DNA from: Eledone cirrhosa
Lineage: Eukaryota
Direction of reading: 5' to 3'
Length of the DNA: 64,000 bases
Assembly (NCBI GenBank): GCA_964016885.1
Contig: OZ024758.1
Span: 25,668,001 to 25,732,000 of the forward strand
The notes beneath the pieces are model-generated. The model ran no database searches and was not told where the DNA came from. It saw nothing but the letters and a program-made list of their open reading frames with translations. This document shows positions 57,414-64,000 of this stretch, one piece after another. Numbering within the stretch: position 1 is the stretch's first letter; each line of letters opens with the position of its first letter. The position numbers were made by a program, and so were the translations under genes.

Positions 57414-59840
57414 TGGTGGTGGAACAGTAAGGTGGAGGGGTCAATTAAGGCCAAAAAGCAGGCTTGGAAAGTATGGCGGGATGGGGGAAGTAGAGTAGAC
57501 TATCAAGTGGCCAGGAGGGAAGCTAGGAGAGAAGTGTACTTAGCAAGAAGGGAAGCTGAGGAAAGAAAGTTCAAGCATGTTCTACAACGCGATGACCAAA
57601 AACGTGAGGTGTTCAGGATTGCCAGGCAATGCGTCAAGGAAAACCGTGATATTGTCGGGGAGAAGTGTGTACTTAACGATGATGGCATACTTGCCATCAC
57701 CGACACTGATAAGAAGGTAGCTTGGAAGTGTCACTATGAAAGGCTACTAAATGAGGAGAATAAATGGGAGAAAGACAGTCTCCCCCATATCGACCCGATA
57801 GAGGGACCAGCAGTGTTAGTCGAGGGGAGTATAATAAGTAAGGCAATCAAGGATATGAAGACTGGTAAGGCGGCTGGGCCTTCGGAAATAGTTGCTGAGA
57901 TGCTGAAGGCATCTGGCACGGTGGGACACACCATGGTCACCCGCATAGTTAACCAAGTCGTACAGAATGGGGTTGTTCCGAAGGACTGGCATAGCAGCAT
58001 CATCGTTAACTGTTATAAGGGTAAAGGAGACGCCCTAGATAGGAGTAACTATAGAGGCATTAAATTAATCGACCAGGTCATGAAGGTCACGGAAAAAGTA
58101 ATAGCGCAACTAATCAGAGAGAGAATTGATCTAGATGAAATGCAGTTCGGGTTTGTGTCAGGCAAAAGCACCACAGACGCTCTTTTCATAGTACGACAAC
58201 TACAGGAGAAGTACCTAGCTAAAGGTAAACCCCTCTACTTAGCTTTTGTCGACCTGGAGAAAGCCTTCGACAGAGTCCCCCGCTCCATTATCTGGTGGGC
58301 TCTTAGAAAACTAGGCGTTGACGAATGGCTTGTGAGGGCTATACAAGCCATGTATAAAGAAACAGTCAGCAAGGTTAGAATTAACAACGAATATAGTGAA
58401 GAGTTTAGCGTAAAAGTTGGCGTCCATCAGGGCTCTGTTCTCAGCCCCCTACTATTTATTATTGCCCTTCAGGCTATAACAGAGGAGTTCAAGACAGGCT
58501 GCCCATGGGAACTCCTATACGCAGACGACCTGACACTCATAGCGGAATCAATGGCCGAGCTAGAGAAGAAATTCCAAACATGGAAGCACGGCCTAGAGTC
58601 AAAAGGACTTAAAATTAACCTGGCTAAGACCAAAGTTCTAGTTTGTAGGAAAGAAAACAAGGCGGCGGTCCCTTCTGGGAAATGGTCGTGCTCGGTATGT
58701 AGGAAAGGCGTAGGTAGAAACTCCATCTTATGTCCTAAATGCAAAGTATGGGTGCATAAAAGATGTAGTGGGATCACAGGTAAGCTAACTAAGAACATAG
58801 ACTTTACATGTGGCCGGTGTTCTGGTGCAATAAGTAGCAGCAAGTGCCCACAAAATACTAGCTCTTTCAATTGCGCAGAGGGTTTTATAGAAATAGTGGA
58901 CAGCTTCCGTTACCTGGGCGATAAAATCAGCAGTGGGGGAGGGTGCTCTGAAAGTACTGTAGCTAGAGTCAGAACTGGTTGGAAAAAGTTCAGAGAGCTT
59001 ATACCACTATTAGCTGCTAAAGGGTTCTCCCTAAAAATGAAAGGCAGGTTGTACGATGCCTGCATACGAACAGCAATGTTGCATGGTAGTGAGACCTGGG
59101 CATTGTGTGCAGAGGATATACGCAGACTAGAGAGGAACGAAGCTTGCATGCTCCGCTGGATGTGTAACAGTAATATACGTGAACGGCAAAGCATAAACGA
59201 ACTAAGGAAAAAATTAGAGATAAGAGGGATCAGATGTTGTTTACTCGAGAGAAGGCTGCGTTGGTATGGACACGTGATGCGCATGAAAGTCGATAGCTGT
59301 ATTACAAAGTGCAGGGCAATAAAGATAGACGGTAGCCACGGAATAGGCAGACCTAGAAAAACATGGGATGAGCTGATAAACTCCGACCTCACACACTTAC
59401 ACCTCTCCAAGACAATGTCACTGGACCGTGACCTTTGGCGGTACTCAGTAACAGAGAAGACCCGCCTTGCCAGTAGGCATCTCTAACAAAATACACCCCT
59501 CCCGCCGCCACCCCCACCCCATCCACACCACCCCGTTCTATGTAAAGTTATGTTGGTGCCGCGCCATCCAGGCCGAAACAAATGAGATCGTGTAGGTGTC
59601 ACGACAAAAAAACACACAGTCCACGCTGTAATGTGGCCGTGTAGGCAACACGGTAAAAACCTCCCAGACCCACACTGTAAATGTGGTTGGTGTTAGGAAG
59701 GGCATCCAACTGTAGAAAACCTGCCAGACAGTCCTATGCGAGCAAGACAATCACTCTTGCCTCAAGTGGGACTACCCCCGTCCAAACCCATGCAAGCGTG
59801 GAACACGGACGTTAAACGTTGATGATGATGATGATGATGA
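57414..59840 (+). mobile_element. Young 5'-truncated RTE-clade LINE; uninterrupted RT frame 57414-59486, no endonuclease domain
   Basis: [50 protein letters not shown] and FRYLG motifs. C4HC3 finger. 3' UTR and (GAT)n tail. Confidence 0.95.
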
Positions 59841-59868
59841 TATATATTTATATATATATTTATATATT

Positions 59869-59899
<31 letters not shown>

Positions 59900-59950
59900 T
59901 TATATATATATTTATATATATATATATTTATATATATATATATATTTATA

Positions 59951-60387
59951 TATGATATTAAATAAATGGAAACTATATTTATGAAACCATATTTATTTCG
60001 TTATATATATTTCAGGGATATCATATTAACAATATGTTATGCCGTCTTCAGACAAAATACAATATAAACAGTCTTATAAATAAATACGACATACCTTTCA
60101 ATCACCTTGCATTTGGGAGATTGATTTGGTAGTAAAAAATATTGTGGACAGTTGTAAAAAGAAAGAGATAAAGAGAGAAAGAAAGAGAAACAAAGAAAAA
60201 GAAGAAATGCATGTGACTAAATAGAGGGATATAGAAAGATAGATAAAGAGAAGAACTTCATGTAAAGAAACAGAGAGAAAAACTTCATGTAAAGAAACAG
60301 AGAGAAATATATATAGAGAGAGGAAAAAAGAAAGAGATAGATAGAGATAGATAGAGAAATTAGGAAGTTGAGTATCGGTTGATACAT

Positions 60388-60422
<35 letters not shown>

Positions 60423-60885
60423 GCTCTAGTATTAATGTAAAGAGAGATGTATGTAGTTAAGAGAGAAAATAGCCGTTATATAGAGAGAAAAAAGAGAAAA
60501 TGAAAAAGAGAAAATGAAACACAACCAGACATAAACGATGCAGAATTTAAAACCGCTATGTTTTATCCGTAGAAAATATTAGTTCGTATAAAACAGGCAT
60601 TATAATGTAAGTACCAGTATTCATGAATGAGACATGTATCTATAATGTGTTAAAAGTAATGATCTTTATAAGACTGTTTATATTGTATTTTGTCTGAAGA
60701 CGGCATAACATATTGTTAATATGATATCCCTGAAATATATATAACGAAATAAATATGGTTTTATAAATATAGTTTCCATTTATTTAATATCATAAATATA
60801 CTCCAAATACTTGTTGAGTGCTTTTATATCAGTTATACATATTTACTCGTTGTTAACCCAACAATTTAAATATAACTTTCCATGT
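59951..60885. mobile_element. HHR element with an inverted upstream copy (minus HHR core 60045-60051; plus HHR core 60694-60700)
   Basis: 59951-60080 is the reverse complement of 60665-60794. Homologous to 2875-3095. Confidence 0.75.
60686..60751 (+). ncRNA. Type I hammerhead ribozyme motif (CUGAAGA variant)
   Basis: TATTTTGT-CTGAAGA-stem II (CATATT GTT AATATG)-GAAA-TATATA-TA^ACGAAATA. Predicted cut after A60743. Confidence 0.72.
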
Positions 60886-60933
60886 ATATATTTATATATA
60901 TATTTATATATATATATCATATATATATATATT

Positions 60934-60972
<39 letters not shown>

Positions 60973-61018
60973 ATTTATATATATATATCATATATATATA
61001 TCATATATATATATCATG

Positions 61019-61049
<31 letters not shown>

Positions 61050-61079
61050 ATATATATCATATATATATATCATGTATAT

Positions 61080-61113
<34 letters not shown>

Positions 61114-61135
61114 CATATATATATATCATGTATAT

Positions 61136-61169
<34 letters not shown>

Positions 61170-61191
61170 CATATATATATATCATGTATAT

Positions 61192-61278
<87 letters not shown>

Positions 61279-62249
61279 CACTCAGGGGATGGTCCCCAAA
61301 AATATATACATACTTTGATTACCTATACAGACAACATTTATTAGAATGCTGTTGAAGTATATATACATTTTAGGGAGACACCCAGTTTATATATAGATAA
61401 ATATATAGACAGATTGGATAATGTTATCCTAGATAGATATTGTCAGAAAAAAAGACAGGATGGTCATAGCTGGAATGCCTTTGATCTCAGCTCTGACTTG
61501 ATGCTAAAAAATAACAATGGTCTATCATAGAAAAATGATCATTAAAATACCAAAAGCAGAGATCAGAAAGACTTCATCTTCGGGCATTTACAGCAATTAT
61601 AAGCTACTTAGGGCAAACATTGTGCCATTGATGTGATTGACCACTACCACCCCCAAATAAAAATTCAATACTTGCAATTTGAGTTGAAATGGTAGAGTAG
61701 AATAGCTTTAATTGGAAATGGCTTAAGATTTAAAACTTCTGAGGAGAACATGGCCATGAGAACTGTACCTGGGGCAAGTTTGGTAAAGAAATTACATTTA
61801 TTTCAGAATATGGTACTTCTTCAAAAATGCTGCTCTATTGAAAAACTACATAATAATTTAAAACTTTACCAAGAAGCTTGTGAAAGTGAAACCTCAGGCA
61901 CACTATCAAAACTGAGATTATAAATCAAAATTAGATTATAAATTATTTCAACATCTAAAATAGACTTGTCTTGTACATCGACTTTCTTTATTTCTTTCTT
62001 CTAGTCACATCTGTGCACCAGCACACTCCTCCTTGACCTCTTTCTCTTTCAGTCTTTTCAATATTTCATTTGCCTGTCACCCACCTTGTTGACCCCTAGT
62101 AGCTGGTCTGTGTCCTCTGAGGCATTTTTGCTCATCACTGTCTTTGACAGCATCTAGCTGTTTTAATGGCTGATCTAGCGATGAGTTTTCTCATTTTTAA
62201 ATGTACTTAAATAGACTGTTTAATAATAAATCACAGGTTCAACTTTTTC

Positions 62250-62650
62250 TAGCAGTTTCTAAGCATCCTTCTACACACCATACCTCAACCACACTGTCTG
62301 TAAGAAACACCACTGCTAACAAACTCATCATATTTGCTGCTCGTATTGCTGTCAATTTCCACGATGTATACATCATACAGAAGCTCCACCTCAAACCCTT
62401 CCTCTACAATCTACCAATCATCACACACACAGTAACCAGGTGAAACATTCTCCAATCACTCCCCTTTTACCTTCTCAGTAACGACCAGTATGGTTGCTGT
62501 AGTCATATCTACTGCTCACCTGCTGTCTAATATCACACACAAGTAATTAATTGCCCCAACAACATTGGCAAAGCCTTGAACTGTATCTGACATGAGAATC
62601 TCCTAGCTAAGTTGCCTGCCTATAATGCTCCACCTGTTTCTCGTCTCTAG
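62250..62650 (+). mobile_element. Highly decayed CR1/Jockey-group LINE RT relic
   Basis: KALNCI*HENLLAKLPAY (~62570-62623) resembles KAFDRVWH-x-x-LL-x-KL-x-x-YG. Confidence 0.5.
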
Positions 62651-63324
62651 AAAATGAAACCCTCAAAGAAAAGCAACAACCTAGTCATCGTATCCCTTTA
62701 CCATTCACATTACTCTATATTTACAATTATATTTTCACTGTAAAGGCTTTACCTCACATAATTATCTCACATAATATCAAATCTATGAGATTTTGATATT
62801 ATATATTTTGAGAACAATACCTTAACATCGGTATGAGTGACCGGTTACAGTCAGTTTGAACAGAAAGAGTTGAGAGAATTCTGGCTGGATATGGCTGGTT
62901 TAAATGCTAAAGGGTTAAACAGCATGTATAAAGAAAGCAATTTCATACTTGATCCTTTCTAAATATGAACAACAGAAAGCTTCAAAATCAATATGCTAGC
63001 AATTCCATATAAGATTCCCAAATCTAAAATCAAAGCATCATCTTCAATTCCATTTAACATTGTCGTCTAACCCATGCAAGCATGGGAAAATGAACGTTTA
63101 ACGATGATGATGATGATGATTACCAAATCTAAAATCTAAGCATCATCTTCAGAGCCTATCCCATGTAACATTGCCAAATCGAAGATCTAAAATCTAGGTA
63201 TCATCTTGAGAGTCAAAATTGATATCTTACTTTCATCAGTTGACCCTCTACAAGGGGTTCAAATTAAACCTTCTTTAGAATACATCTCACATATCTGCTG
63301 CTACTACTACTGCTAATGCTGCTG

Positions 63325-63361
<37 letters not shown>

Positions 63362-63867
63362 AACTCAACCACTTCCACTACTATTACTACTACAATAACA
63401 ACAACAGCTACTACTACTACTACTAATAATAATAATTGTTTCTACTTTAGGCACAAGGCCAGCAATTATCCAGTGCATTACTGGTACTTTATTTTATCGA
63501 CCCCGTAAGGATGAAAGGCAAAGTCAACCTCGGCGGGATTTGAACTCAGACCGTAAAGGGCCGTAACTCTATGCTGCAAAGCATGGTGTCTAACACTCAA
63601 CTGATACTGCCAATCCGCACTAAATCACAACACCCCCCAAAATGAATCTATAGTTTTAATAATGATATTAGCATTATACATGGTAACAAGTGTAAAGAGT
63701 TCATTTGGATGTTGGTTTCTCTTTATCTAAGGTTGCTTCTATGCAGTTGTTCTACCTGTAAGACATAGTAGCTAAATCTCCCTCAAATCACACTATTATC
63801 TTTTTTTTTTTTAAATATATATATATAAATTTTAAATAAAGACAGACTGGATAACATTATTCTAGAT

Positions 63868-64000
63868 CAGAGGTTCTCAAACTTTTTGGACCACCACCCC
63901 GCCTCCTCACAGCCACATAATAACCTCAGTGCCCCCAACCCTATTTCCAGAGGGACCTGCCTTCATGCAAATTGTAAATAATATATAATAAATAAAATCG
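63868..64000. mobile_element. Left end of a hAT/Charlie-like MITE (runs off the window)
   Basis: CAGAGGTTCTCAAACT preceded by TTCTAGAT, matching the NTCTAGAN target consensus. Confidence 0.55.

Noticed and set aside
61750-61923. Short plus-strand ORF or terminal exon (also 23044-23139)
   Set aside because: Under 60 aa with no recognisable motif and no linked exons. Expected by chance in AT-rich DNA.

Overview
AT-rich, repeat-saturated eukaryotic DNA. The SINE/RTE-LINE repertoire and long (TA)n tracts suggest a cephalopod (octopus-like) genome, which is an inference. The window appears to be mostly intron of an unidentified minus-strand gene; three frame-compatible exons are visible (34418-34531, a 27-nt micro-exon at 31498-31524, and 1565-1713). 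It also holds 5'-truncated RTE LINEs, relics of other LINE clades, tRNA-derived SINEs, MITEs and TE-derived minisatellites. The main hidden signal is a set of type I hammerhead ribozyme (HHR) elements, all read by eye. A 310-bp tandem array carries 16 HHR copies and an internal inversion (44429-49565). Two ~480-bp tandem arrays carry 4 and 3 copies (24787-26626, 49815-51319). Several solo, inverted, truncated or decayed HHRs from other families are also present. Nearly all sit in or beside (TA)n and have short palindromic helix III segments. This looks like a diverse retrozyme / Penelope-associated ribozyme system. No cleavage activity is shown here, and no autonomous Penelope ORF was seen. 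Most long ORFs in the supplied track are microsatellite or minisatellite artefacts.
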